Assembly: GCA_963813895.1 (NCBI GenBank)
Contig: CAWFAS010000001.1
Span: 473,290 to 537,289 of the forward strand
Reading direction: 5' to 3'
From: an uncultured Gammaproteobacteria bacterium
GTDB lineage: Bacteria > Pseudomonadota > Gammaproteobacteria > JAURND01
Length of the DNA: 64,000 nucleotides
The notes beneath the pieces were generated by a model. The model was not told the DNA's origin. It saw only the letters and a program-made list of their open reading frames with translations, and made no database searches. The translations under genes and the position numbers were made by a program. Positions 29,832-38,623 of the stretch are shown here, one piece after another; within the stretch, counting starts at the first letter, position 1; each line of letters begins with the position of its first letter.

Positions 29832-29989
29832 GCCAGTAGAGGCTGCCCCCATCCTAACCTTCCCCCGCAAGCGGGGGAAGGGACTTGCTCGAGCCAGTAT
29901 GGGATTGGGCGCATAACTTAACTTATTGCCCAACCAGTTCCTTCCCCCGCTTGCGGGGGAAGGTTAGGATGGGGGCAGCCTCTACTGGC
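29832..29989. repeat. Long composite palindromic element, family A (about 158 bp). Inverted arms GCCAGTAGAGGCTGCCCCCATCCTAACCTTCCCCCGCAAGCGGGGGAAGG each contain an internal hairpin, and they are separated by a spacer of about 60 nt.
   Basis: Read directly from the sequence. It sits between the convergent pssA and parE genes. A second copy lies at 42347-42485. Confidence 0.8.
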
Positions 29990-30052
29990 ACTGGATTCGG
30001 CCATGTATCAGGTTCAATAAATATATGAGTCCCATCACCTAAGCAGCTGAAC

Positions 30053-31948
30053 TTATGTCTCCGCCAGATTCCCTTTCTGTTCCAGCCAAGCCTTCCTGTC
30101 AGAGGCACGTTTTTTCGCTAATAACATATCCATCAGGTCAAAGGTTGTCTCATCTCCCACCAGCAGTTGCACTAAGCGACGGGTATCGGGGGACATAGTC
30201 GTTTCACGTAATTGCGAGGGATTCATTTCCCCCAAGCCTTTGAAACGCTGAATATGTACGGTGCCTTTTTTCTTTTCTGCAGCGATCCGGTCCATAACGC
30301 CCTGCTTTTCTTCATCATCAAGCGCATAAAACACTTCTTTGCCAATATCAATGCGGTAAAGCGGCGGCATGGCCACATGGAGGTGGCCGGCAGCCACCAC
30401 GGGTAGGAAATGGCGGAAAAATAGGGCGCATAATAAGGTGGCAATGTGTAACCCATCCGAATCGGCATCAGCCAGAATGCAGACTTTACCATAGCGCAAG
30501 CCGGTTAAATCGTCCGCGCCTGGATCTACCCCGATGGCCACAGCGATATCATGAATCTCCTGGGACGCCAGCACCTGCGAGGAATCTACTTCCCATGAAT
30601 TGAGGATCTTGCCACGTAGGGGCATGACTGCCTGAAATTCTCGGTCTCTGGCTTGTTTGGCTGATCCGCCAGCGGAATCCCCTTCAACTAAAAACAATTC
30701 CGTGCGACCAGGATCTTGATTGGTACAATCAGCCAATTTGCCCGGTAGTGCAGGACCAGCGGTGACTTTTTTGCGTAGCACCTGCTTGCTGGCACGGCTG
30801 CGTTGTTGGGCATTTTGAATGACCATTTCCGCCAAAGCTTGACCCAGTGTTACATTTTCATTGAGCCATAGGCTGAAAGTATCTTTGACCACCCCAGTCA
30901 CAAACGCAGCACACTGTCGTGAAGTCAGGCGTTCTTTGGTTTGACCGGAGAATTGCGGGTCGCGCATTTTGATGGAGAGTACGAAATTACATTGATCCCA
31001 TACGTCTTCGCTAGAAAGCTTGATGCCTCTGGGTAATAACTTGTGGATTTCACAAAATTCCCGTAACGCTTCTAAAAGACCGGTGCGGAAGCCATTCACA
31101 TGTGTGCCACCTTGAATGGTCGGAATTAAGTTAACATAGCTTTCAGTGACGGTTTGGCTATCTTCAGGCAGCCAGGTCACCGCCCAATCCACCATTTCAG
31201 TATTTCCGGCTGCATGGCCCAGAAACAAATCTTCTGGCAGGCGTACCGCATCATTTAGGGCGTCATGTAAATAGGCTTTTAGTCCATCTTCATAGAACCA
31301 GGTTTCAGATTCGCCATTGGCTTCTTGGGTAAACCGCACGGTTAATCCCGGGCATAATACCGCTTTGGCGCGTAACAAATATTTTAAAGGTGCAATGGCA
31401 AATTTAACGGAATCAAAATATTTGGCATCAGGCCAAAAGTGCACGCTTGTGCCAGTCTCAAATTTGCCGCAACTTCCCGTTATTTTTAACGGCCCATCTG
31501 GATCGCCGCCTTTAAAAGACATTTGATGCACTTTGCCTTCGCGTTTTACCTTGACCTCCAATTGTTTTGATAGTGCATTAACCACGGAGATGCCAACGCC
31601 ATGCAGCCCTCCAGAGAACTGATAGTCTTTGTGGGAAAATTTGGCTCCCGCATGCAGACGGGTCAAGATCAGTTCTACGCCGGAAATCTTTTCTTCCGGA
31701 TGCATATCCACCGGCATGCCGCGGCCATCATCAATCACTTCTAGCGAGCCATCAGCATACAGGATTACGTCAATACTTTTAGCATGACCGGCAACTGCCT
31801 CGTCTACACTGTTGTCTACCGCCTCCATCGCTAGATGGTTGGGGTTGTGGGTGTCGGTATACATGCCGGGACGGACCCGCACGGGATCGAGCCCGCTGAG
31901 GACTTCGATAGATTCCGCGGAATATTGACGTGGGGCTTGGGGTGTCAT
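30053..31948 (-). CDS. parE: DNA topoisomerase IV subunit B
   Basis: 631 aa, which is ParE length and lacks the GyrB insert. GHKL ATPase N-terminus (EVLSGLDPVRVRPGMYT), Toprim domain (EGDSAGG), and a PLRGKILN motif. Confidence 0.9.
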   Translation of the reverse strand: MTPQAPRQYSAESIEVLSGLDPVRVRPGMYTDTHNPNHLAMEAVDNSVDEAVAGHAKSIDVILYADGSLEVIDDGRGMPVDMHPEEKISGVELILTRLHAGAKFSHKDYQFSGGLHGVGISVVNALSKQLEVKVKREGKVHQMSFKGGDPDGPLKITGSCGKFETGTSVHFWPDAKYFDSVKFAIAPLKYLLRAKAVLCPGLTVRFTQEANGESETWFYEDGLKAYLHDALNDAVRLPEDLFLGHAAGNTEMVDWAVTWLPEDSQTVTESYVNLIPTIQGGTHVNGFRTGLLEALREFCEIHKLLPRGIKLSSEDVWDQCNFVLSIKMRDPQFSGQTKERLTSRQCAAFVTGVVKDTFSLWLNENVTLGQALAEMVIQNAQQRSRASKQVLRKKVTAGPALPGKLADCTNQDPGRTELFLVEGDSAGGSAKQARDREFQAVMPLRGKILNSWEVDSSQVLASQEIHDIAVAIGVDPGADDLTGLRYGKVCILADADSDGLHIATLLCALFFRHFLPVVAAGHLHVAMPPLYRIDIGKEVFYALDDEEKQGVMDRIAAEKKKGTVHIQRFKGLGEMNPSQLRETTMSPDTRRLVQLLVGDETTFDLMDMLLAKKRASDRKAWLEQKGNLAET

Positions 31949-31969
31949 AAGGATTTCGCCGAGTAATTT

Positions 31970-33046
31970 TTAAAATCTTAGCTCAGCGAGGGAATTTTTA
32001 CTAGCATTAGTAGCCTTAAACCTATGCCATAACATCTGGGGGGTAATTTCTAGCAAGCAAAGGGGTTCTGGATTTATTTTATTGCCAAAATCACAGCTGT
32101 GCTTATAACAAAGCGTACATTTAAACGGTGAAACCTGATGCTGTTGATTTTGGCCAACTGTGCCATTGAGATTCTCGTCGGTGGGCCCATACATTGTCAC
32201 ATGGGGCACACCCAAGGCCGCCGCTAGATGACTTAAGCCGGTATCGCCGCCAATAGCACCAAAAGCTCCTTGCAAAATTCGTGCCTGCTGTGACAAGGTA
32301 CAAAATGGTAATACCTGGGCATGAGTCAGGCCATCACTAATGCGAATGGCGCGTTGTTTTTCAGCTTCGTTTCCCCAGGGTAGCAGCACATGGAGTCCTT
32401 CATTAGCTGCATAAGCTATCAGCTCGCGCCAGTATCGCTCTGGCCACATTTTAGTGGACCAACTGGCATTGTGTATCAAAACCAGATAAGGGGTGGGTAG
32501 TTCAAAGGGCAAGGGCGGGAAGGAGTAGTTGGCAATGCCGTAATCTGGCGGCGAAGTAGGACAAGGATAATTAAATGCGGCTGCGAATAATAAACGCAGA
32601 CGGGTAACGGCATGTAGGCTTCTGGGTGCGCGGTGACGTTTATGGTACGCCAGAGGTACGAGCTGTTCGCGGCAGGATTGCCGATCCAATCCGTGGCGTA
32701 CTCCTTTAGACAATAACGTAACGCCGGCACTTTTCAATGAGGACTGTCCATCAATAACTATATCGTAAGACTGTTGACGGAGTGCTTGCAAGAATTGCTG
32801 GATTTCACGGGTTTTCAAGGAGTGCCAAAAATTCTGCCGCCATTTACGGTGCGATGTGGGGATGATCCTATTAATGGCAGGATGCCACAGTGCAATATCG
32901 GAGAAACTTTTTTCAATGACCCAATCAAAAGATACATCAGGTATAAAATGACGAGCGTCAGTAAGAGCGGGCAGCGCTTGGATTAGGTCTCCCATCGAGG
33001 TGAGCTTAACGAACAACACTTGCATGAAGGGGTCTCGGCTAAACAC
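31970..33046 (-). CDS. waaC: Lipopolysaccharide heptosyltransferase I (GT9)
   Basis: 358 aa. The N-terminus VLFVKLTSMGDLIQALPALTDARHFIPDVSFDWVIEKSFSDIALWHPAINRIIP aligns closely with E. coli WaaC. A C-terminal GGDTGLSHLAAALGVP motif is also present. Confidence 0.88.
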   Translation of the reverse strand: MFSRDPFMQVLFVKLTSMGDLIQALPALTDARHFIPDVSFDWVIEKSFSDIALWHPAINRIIPTSHRKWRQNFWHSLKTREIQQFLQALRQQSYDIVIDGQSSLKSAGVTLLSKGVRHGLDRQSCREQLVPLAYHKRHRAPRSLHAVTRLRLLFAAAFNYPCPTSPPDYGIANYSFPPLPFELPTPYLVLIHNASWSTKMWPERYWRELIAYAANEGLHVLLPWGNEAEKQRAIRISDGLTHAQVLPFCTLSQQARILQGAFGAIGGDTGLSHLAAALGVPHVTMYGPTDENLNGTVGQNQQHQVSPFKCTLCYKHSCDFGNKINPEPLCLLEITPQMLWHRFKATNASKNSLAELRF

Positions 33047-33088
33047 AAGCCACTATTTTAGCATGAATTAACATGTTAATCTTTACCT

Positions 33089-33868
33089 ATGGACATATCT
33101 AACATTAGTGTAATCATTATTACCAAAAATGAATCCGCATGCATAAGGCGTTGCCTCGAATCTATATGCTGGGCAGGTGAAATTATTGTACTGGATTCTG
33201 GTAGTACTGATGATACAGTCGCTATCTGCCAAGAATATACTACCCAGGTTTACGTCACAGACTGGCCGGGTTTTGGTCCCCAAAAAAACCGCGCTTTAGA
33301 AAAGGCCCAAGGTCAATGGATATTTTCGATTGATGCAGATGAGTGGGTAGGTGAGGCATTGCGACAAGAGATTACTACCATCCTTGCTTCAGATGCTGGA
33401 AATTCAGTAGATGCTTTTTTTGTTCGCCGGCGCACAAAATATTTCGGACACTGGGTATACCATGGCGATGTGGGTAGGGATAAAGTCCTACGCTTGTTTC
33501 GTCGTGGACGAGCAAAATTTACCGATCATATAGTGCATGAAAGCGTGACTTTAGGTGAGAACGGTCCTATAGGTGAGTTAAAGCAGTTTTTGTTGCATGA
33601 CTCATATCAGACCATTGAAGAATTACAGGACCGGATGAATCACTACACCACGTTGACAGCTGAGATGCGTTATCAAAAGGGCCGGCGCTCTTCCCTGAAG
33701 AAAGCAATCACCAATGCAGTATGGGCATTTATTAAAGCCTATTTTCTACATGCTGGGTTCCTTGATGGCCGTATTGGCTTTGTTGTAGCTGTATCCAGCG
33801 CAGAAAGTAGTTATTACCGCAATTTAAAATTACTGTGGCTGGGAGAGGCCTCTGAAGAAAAAAATTAA
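33089..33868 (+). CDS. Glycosyltransferase family 2 (LPS core biosynthesis, WaaE/KdtX-like)
   Basis: 259 aa. N-terminus ISVIIITKNESACIRRCLES, with LDSGSTDDT and DADE motifs. It is divergent from waaC. Confidence 0.82.
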   Translation: MDISNISVIIITKNESACIRRCLESICWAGEIIVLDSGSTDDTVAICQEYTTQVYVTDWPGFGPQKNRALEKAQGQWIFSIDADEWVGEALRQEITTILASDAGNSVDAFFVRRRTKYFGHWVYHGDVGRDKVLRLFRRGRAKFTDHIVHESVTLGENGPIGELKQFLLHDSYQTIEELQDRMNHYTTLTAEMRYQKGRRSSLKKAITNAVWAFIKAYFLHAGFLDGRIGFVVAVSSAESSYYRNLKLLWLGEASEEKN

Positions 33869-33892
33869 ACTATTTACGGAGTATCTGTCTAC

Positions 33893-35098
33893 ATGATTAT
33901 ACAACCTAAAGTTCGTGGTTTTATCTGCACGACTGCACACCCTGCCGGCTGCTTTAAGTCCGTTGAAGAACAAAGTCATTACGTAAAATCAAAGGAGGCG
34001 CTACGCGGACCCAAGAATGTATTAGTGATTGGTTCTTCTACTGGCTATGGTTTAGCTAGCCGCATTGCTGCCACTTTTGGTGCAGGTGCCAATACAATAG
34101 GCGTATTTTATGAGCGTGAGGCCGATGCCAAGCGCACGGCCACTGCAGGCTGGTATAATACCGCCGCATTTGAAAAACTGGCGCATAGCAGCAATTTTTA
34201 CGCAAAAAGTATTAATGGTGATGCGTTTTCTAATGAAATAAAACACCAAGTCGCTGACCTAATTCGACGTGATTTAAAGCAAGTAGATCTAGTTATTCAC
34301 AGCCTGGCATCTCCCAGGCGCGTACACCCTGAGAACGGCCAAATATTTTCTTCCGTTTTAAAACCCATCGGTCGTTCCTTTACTAGTAAAACCGTGGATC
34401 CATTCCGCGGTGAAGTAAAAGAAATCACCATAGAACCCGCTTCTAAAGAGGAAGTGGAGGAGACCATTGAAGTAATGGGAGGTGATGATTGGGAGCTGTG
34501 GATTGATTTCCTGGAGCGAGAAAATTTGTTGGCTGAAGGGGTAACCACACTGGCATATAGCTACATTGGCCCTGAGCTCACCCACCCGATTTACAAAGAA
34601 GGGGCAATTGGTAAAGCAAAACAACATCTGCAGCAAACCGCAGACCGACTTCAGCTAAAGCTCAATAGTCACAAGGGGAGAGCGCTGGTTTCAATCAATA
34701 AAGCATTGGTTACTCAAGCTAGCGCTGCAATACCCGTAGTACCGCTATATATTTCCCTGCTATATAAAATCATGAAAGAAAATGGCACCCATGAGGGCTG
34801 TATCGAGCAGATTTATCGCCTATTTAATGATTATTTATACGCACAACATCCCCAGCCGCTGGATGCAGAAGGCCGCATCCGCTTGGATAATTTTGAAATG
34901 GAACCCGAAGTGCAACATAAAATTGCCGAATTGTGGCCGCAAATTTCTACGGAAAATTTGGAGCAGTTAACGGATATCAAAGGTTACCGTGATGATTTTT
35001 ATCGGCTATTTGGGTTCAATTTTGCCAATGTAGATTATAGCGCGGAGATAGATCCAGAAGTCGGTATTGATTCAATTGCCGCAAAGGAGAAAGTTTGA
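33893..35098 (+). CDS. fabV: Enoyl-[acyl-carrier-protein] reductase (NADH), FabV type
   Basis: 401 aa. The N-terminus MIIQPKVRGFICTTAHPAGC...VLVIGSSTGYGLASRIA...WYNTAAF..YAKSINGDAFS is nearly collinear with characterised FabV proteins. Confidence 0.9.
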   Translation: MIIQPKVRGFICTTAHPAGCFKSVEEQSHYVKSKEALRGPKNVLVIGSSTGYGLASRIAATFGAGANTIGVFYEREADAKRTATAGWYNTAAFEKLAHSSNFYAKSINGDAFSNEIKHQVADLIRRDLKQVDLVIHSLASPRRVHPENGQIFSSVLKPIGRSFTSKTVDPFRGEVKEITIEPASKEEVEETIEVMGGDDWELWIDFLERENLLAEGVTTLAYSYIGPELTHPIYKEGAIGKAKQHLQQTADRLQLKLNSHKGRALVSINKALVTQASAAIPVVPLYISLLYKIMKENGTHEGCIEQIYRLFNDYLYAQHPQPLDAEGRIRLDNFEMEPEVQHKIAELWPQISTENLEQLTDIKGYRDDFYRLFGFNFANVDYSAEIDPEVGIDSIAAKEKV

Positions 35099-35125
35099 TA
35101 TTGCATTCTCCTTGGAACAGCTCCA

Positions 35126-35180
35126 CTACGTCGTCCCGCGAACAATCCCGGATCAAGTCCGGGAGCAGGACGACGGACTG
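35126..35180. repeat. Hairpin CGTCGTCCCGCGAACAATCCCGGATCAAGTCCGGGAGCAGGACGACG. Its stem sequence is related to the inner arms of the family C2 element at 57165-57260.
   Basis: Nested stems read directly. It follows the fabV stop and precedes the AI-2E transporter gene. It may be a terminator or a repeat fragment. Confidence 0.5.
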
Positions 35181-35197
35181 ACAGATACAGGTAGCAT

Positions 35198-36319
35198 ATG
35201 AAAAATATCCCATCTCCTAGCTCAATACCTTTTTACATTAAATATCTTGCCGTGCTCGCCAGTGTAGTATTAACCTGCTATGCATTAGTCGTTTCAAAAC
35301 CGATTATAATCTCTTTGTTGCCAGCCATTATATTCGCACTTTTGCTAAGGCCGTTATGCACCAGGATGGAGCGGCTAAAAATTCCCCGTGCTCTTAGCAC
35401 TATCCTGTCAATTTTATTGGTCATAATAGTTTTCCTCAGCTTATCATTCTTTTTTTCATCACAGGTGGGAACCATCACTTCCAATATGGATTCACTGGTA
35501 AATACTTTTACCAGTTTGTTTGACAAACTACAGCAATGGACAGCCCATCAATTCGGAATCGAACCGCAAGAACAGATTGCCTATATAAAAAGTTCGTTAA
35601 CGGCGGTTTTAAAAAACAGTTCTGCTTTTTTCAGCTCCACATTGTCCGCGACCGCCGGATTTTTTACTGCCTTTTTTCTTTTTATTCTTGCGTTATTTTT
35701 CTTCATGTATTATCGAACGTTTTTGGTATCTTTTGTATATCAACTTTTTGCCAGAGAGCATCACAAAAGTCTTGGTGCAACTTTAACAAGAATTGAAGAA
35801 GTAGTAAGAAAATATGTGCTGGGATTATTCCTGGTAATCCTAACGATGGCAACATTGAACACCATTGGTCTTTTGCTGTTAGGTATAAAACACGCATTCT
35901 TTTTTGGAGGCTTGGCCGCATTATTGACGATCATTCCCTATGTTGGCATTCTGATTGGATCGATATTACCGATATTGTTTGCTTTGGCAACGACGGATTC
36001 TTTATGGTATCCCATCGGGGTGTTAATGGTGTTCGTAGTGGTGCAATTTCTCGAGGGAAATTTTATTACGCCGAATATTGTGGGCACACAGGTCAGTATC
36101 AACCCTTTTGCTGCCATTTTAGGCTTATTTATTGGGGGTATGTTGCTGGGGGTTATCGGCGTTATATTTGCCTTACCGATATTGGCCATCTTAAAAGTTA
36201 TTTGTGATGCGATAGACTCTTTAAAACCCATTGGTTATGTGTTGGGCAATCCTTCGCGGGCTGCGCCTAGATTACAGAAGAAGCTGGTTAAAATCGTGCG
36301 GAAAAAAATTAGTAAATAA
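35198..36319 (+). CDS. AI-2E family transporter (PerM/YdiK/UPF0118)
   Basis: 373 aa with about 8 TM helices and a C-terminal signature region (ITPNIVGTQVSINPFAAILGLFIGGMLLGVIGVIFALPILAILKV). Confidence 0.85.
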   Translation: MKNIPSPSSIPFYIKYLAVLASVVLTCYALVVSKPIIISLLPAIIFALLLRPLCTRMERLKIPRALSTILSILLVIIVFLSLSFFFSSQVGTITSNMDSLVNTFTSLFDKLQQWTAHQFGIEPQEQIAYIKSSLTAVLKNSSAFFSSTLSATAGFFTAFFLFILALFFFMYYRTFLVSFVYQLFAREHHKSLGATLTRIEEVVRKYVLGLFLVILTMATLNTIGLLLLGIKHAFFFGGLAALLTIIPYVGILIGSILPILFALATTDSLWYPIGVLMVFVVVQFLEGNFITPNIVGTQVSINPFAAILGLFIGGMLLGVIGVIFALPILAILKVICDAIDSLKPIGYVLGNPSRAAPRLQKKLVKIVRKKISK

Positions 36320-36327
36320 TGGTGCCC

Positions 36328-37065
36328 TTAAATCCTCATGATCCCTGTAGAAAAATTACCCTCGGGTGTTAACTCAACCCAACGGTATCCAGGAGTGGCC
36401 GAAGTATCAATGGCAAACTTTGCTAATCGAGGAGCAAACTGCACGCAAGTGGACGGTGCGCCTAAAAAATGCACCCCATTATGTAATAATGAAAATTCCT
36501 GATGGATATGGCCGAATAGCACTAGACGAATTTGTGGAAATAAGCTTAATAACTCCAAAAATCGATCTGCATTAATCACCTTTATGGCATCCATATAACA
36601 GTCAATCTGCACTGGATGGTGATGCATAACTATCACTGCTTCCCGATCTGGATATTGTGTCAAGCAACGTTGTAAATGCGCGAAATCCAGAGTGCCAAGA
36701 AAACCATCGTCCAGCCCTGGAGCAGTGGAATCGAGAAATATAATCTGCCATCCATCCAACAAAGCTGCTCCACCCGCTATCAAGTGGTTTGCGGTTAATC
36801 CAACATAAGCATTTTCCAGGTCATCATGATTTCCAGGCACCCAATAAATAGGACAGGTAAAATCAGAAACGCTTGCGGCAAGCCGACAATAAGAAGCTAA
36901 AGAACCCTCTTGCGATAGATCACCACTCATAACTATCAAATCTGGCTGCTGCAATCGTACCTTCTGCAGTACTGCCTCCAGCGACTGTTGTGTGTTGACC
37001 GCACCTAAGCAGTCTGTAGAATTTGCCAATAAATGCAGATCAGATATTTGGATAAGTCGAGTCAT
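36328..37065 (-). CDS. cpdA: 3',5'-cyclic-nucleotide phosphodiesterase CpdA (calcineurin-like metallophosphoesterase)
   Basis: 245 aa. Motifs ISDLHL, GDLSQEG, GNHDD and GHIH are present. It lies next to nudF, as in the E. coli nudF-cpdA cluster. Confidence 0.85.
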   Translation of the reverse strand: MTRLIQISDLHLLANSTDCLGAVNTQQSLEAVLQKVRLQQPDLIVMSGDLSQEGSLASYCRLAASVSDFTCPIYWVPGNHDDLENAYVGLTANHLIAGGAALLDGWQIIFLDSTAPGLDDGFLGTLDFAHLQRCLTQYPDREAVIVMHHHPVQIDCYMDAIKVINADRFLELLSLFPQIRLVLFGHIHQEFSLLHNGVHFLGAPSTCVQFAPRLAKFAIDTSATPGYRWVELTPEGNFSTGIMRI

Positions 37066-37780
37066 CGCTCAGCCTTGTCTCTTTCTGACTTAACCAGTTT
37101 GCTCTGAGTTCCTCTTTATGTAGTTGGAACCATAATAAGCCCATTAAACAAAGGGCATTTTTAATTTCTCCACGGTGCATTCGTTTCAGTGCCTCTGCTG
37201 CATCCACTACATGAACGCGAATATCTTCGTGCTCATCCGCTAGACCATGCACCCCGCCGGCATTGCTGGCGTCAACACGAGCGCAAAATAAAGACACATA
37301 TTCATTAGTTGCACCTGGACTGGCCCAATAATCAAAAATGGGTATCAGGTCCAAGGCTACTAAGCCAGCCTCTTCTTGCACTTCGCGACGCGCTAGTTCT
37401 TCAGGAGTTTCTCCCTCTTCCAATAATCCGGCCACTATCTCAATTAACCACGGGCTGGCCTTATCTTCGAAAGCCCCCAGGCGGAATTGCTCCAGCAAGA
37501 CAATTTTGTCTAATACTGGATCATAAGGCAAAACCGCAGCGGCATGATGACGTATGACTAATTCGCGGGAAAATGTCTGACTCCATCCTCCGGCAAATAG
37601 CTTATGTTGTAAAATGTATTTTTTTAGCGTGATAAAACCTTTATATAACAGGGATTCTTCAATAATTTTTACATCATTTCGGTTCATAAATACCTCTGAA
37701 GGTTTACCTCGGTCTGTTCCTGTCGTAATATACTCAAAACGTTTAAAATCTAGGTGTTGGAGTAGTTCAGGTGATTTCAA
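37040..37780 (-). CDS. nudF: ADP-ribose pyrophosphatase (NUDIX hydrolase NudF)
   Basis: Collinear with E. coli NudF (NDVKIIEE.LYKGF, Nudix box GLLEEGETPEELARREVQEEAGL, GLADEHEDIRVHVV). The true start may be at the internal Met 31 codons downstream (MNRNDVK...). The 3' end overlaps the cpdA start by 26 nt. Confidence 0.85.
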   Translation of the reverse strand: MKSPELLQHLDFKRFEYITTGTDRGKPSEVFMNRNDVKIIEESLLYKGFITLKKYILQHKLFAGGWSQTFSRELVIRHHAAAVLPYDPVLDKIVLLEQFRLGAFEDKASPWLIEIVAGLLEEGETPEELARREVQEEAGLVALDLIPIFDYWASPGATNEYVSLFCARVDASNAGGVHGLADEHEDIRVHVVDAAEALKRMHRGEIKNALCLMGLLWFQLHKEELRANWLSQKETRLSDDSTYPNI

Positions 37781-37828
37781 ATGCTTTTGAGTATTCTAGC
37801 AGCGTCCCTATCATGCTGCACTTTAAGG

Positions 37829-37857
37829 TACTGTAAAACAATAACCTATCTTTTTAC
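37829..37857. repeat. Solo copy of the family C2 terminal repeat (CTGTAAAACAATAACCTATCTTTTTACAG)
   Basis: 26 of 26 bases match the left terminal inverted repeat of the 290-bp element at 57064-57352, with a final CAG closing a short palindrome. It lies in the nudF / pcm intergenic region. Confidence 0.65.
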
Positions 37858-37901
37858 AGCACCTAACCCAGCCAACTTCTTCTACACTTAATGATAACTC
37901 A

Positions 37902-38555
37902 ATGAATATTGAACAAGCCCGCCAAAATATGATTTTTCAACAACTTCGAGCTTGGGGGGTTCTGAATGATCAGGTTTTGGATTTATTTGTGCGGTTACCG
38001 AGGGAAAATTTCGTGCCCTCAGCTTATCGCGATTTGGCTTTTGCCGATATAGCGATACCACTAAATAAAGACATTACCATGCTGGCGCCTGCGGAAGAAG
38101 CACGCATGGTGCAAGCTCTTGACCTCAAAACAACAGATAAGGCGCTGGTGCTAGGTACTGGAACTGGCTATATTACGGCATTATTAGCTAGTTTGGCACA
38201 TTGGGTATATAGCATTGATGATGCGATACGATTTACTAGAGGCGCGCAACAGAAATTAGCGGCGGTGCCGATTACCAATGTCACTTTGGAAACTGCTCCT
38301 GCAATAGAAGGTTGGGAAGTAGCAGCGCCGTATGATGTAATAGTATTAACAGGCTCGTTGCCGTGGGTGCCGAGGTCTTTAATGCGAATGCTGGCGAGCA
38401 ACGGTCGACTATTTGCTATTGTTGGTTCAGCGCCAGTGATGGAAGCTATGCTCATTACCCGTTCGACTAGCAATCATTGGCAAACTGAAAAACTCTTTGA
38501 AACTTTACGGCCGAGATTGCCTGGGGTAAAGGAACCGAACGTATTTATTTTTTGA
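37902..38555 (+). CDS. Protein-L-isoaspartate O-methyltransferase family protein (Pcm paralogue)
   Basis: 217 aa with a SAM-binding glycine-rich motif (VLGTGTGYITALLA). It is PCMT-like throughout and sits directly upstream of tolC. Confidence 0.75.
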   Translation: MNIEQARQNMIFQQLRAWGVLNDQVLDLFVRLPRENFVPSAYRDLAFADIAIPLNKDITMLAPAEEARMVQALDLKTTDKALVLGTGTGYITALLASLAHWVYSIDDAIRFTRGAQQKLAAVPITNVTLETAPAIEGWEVAAPYDVIVLTGSLPWVPRSLMRMLASNGRLFAIVGSAPVMEAMLITRSTSNHWQTEKLFETLRPRLPGVKEPNVFIF

Positions 38556-38623
38556 TGTAAAAGAAAGAACCTTATCCTTCAGGTGGAAGAAGGAATAAAC
38601 AGGGCAGTTCAATGAGAGGTTTT

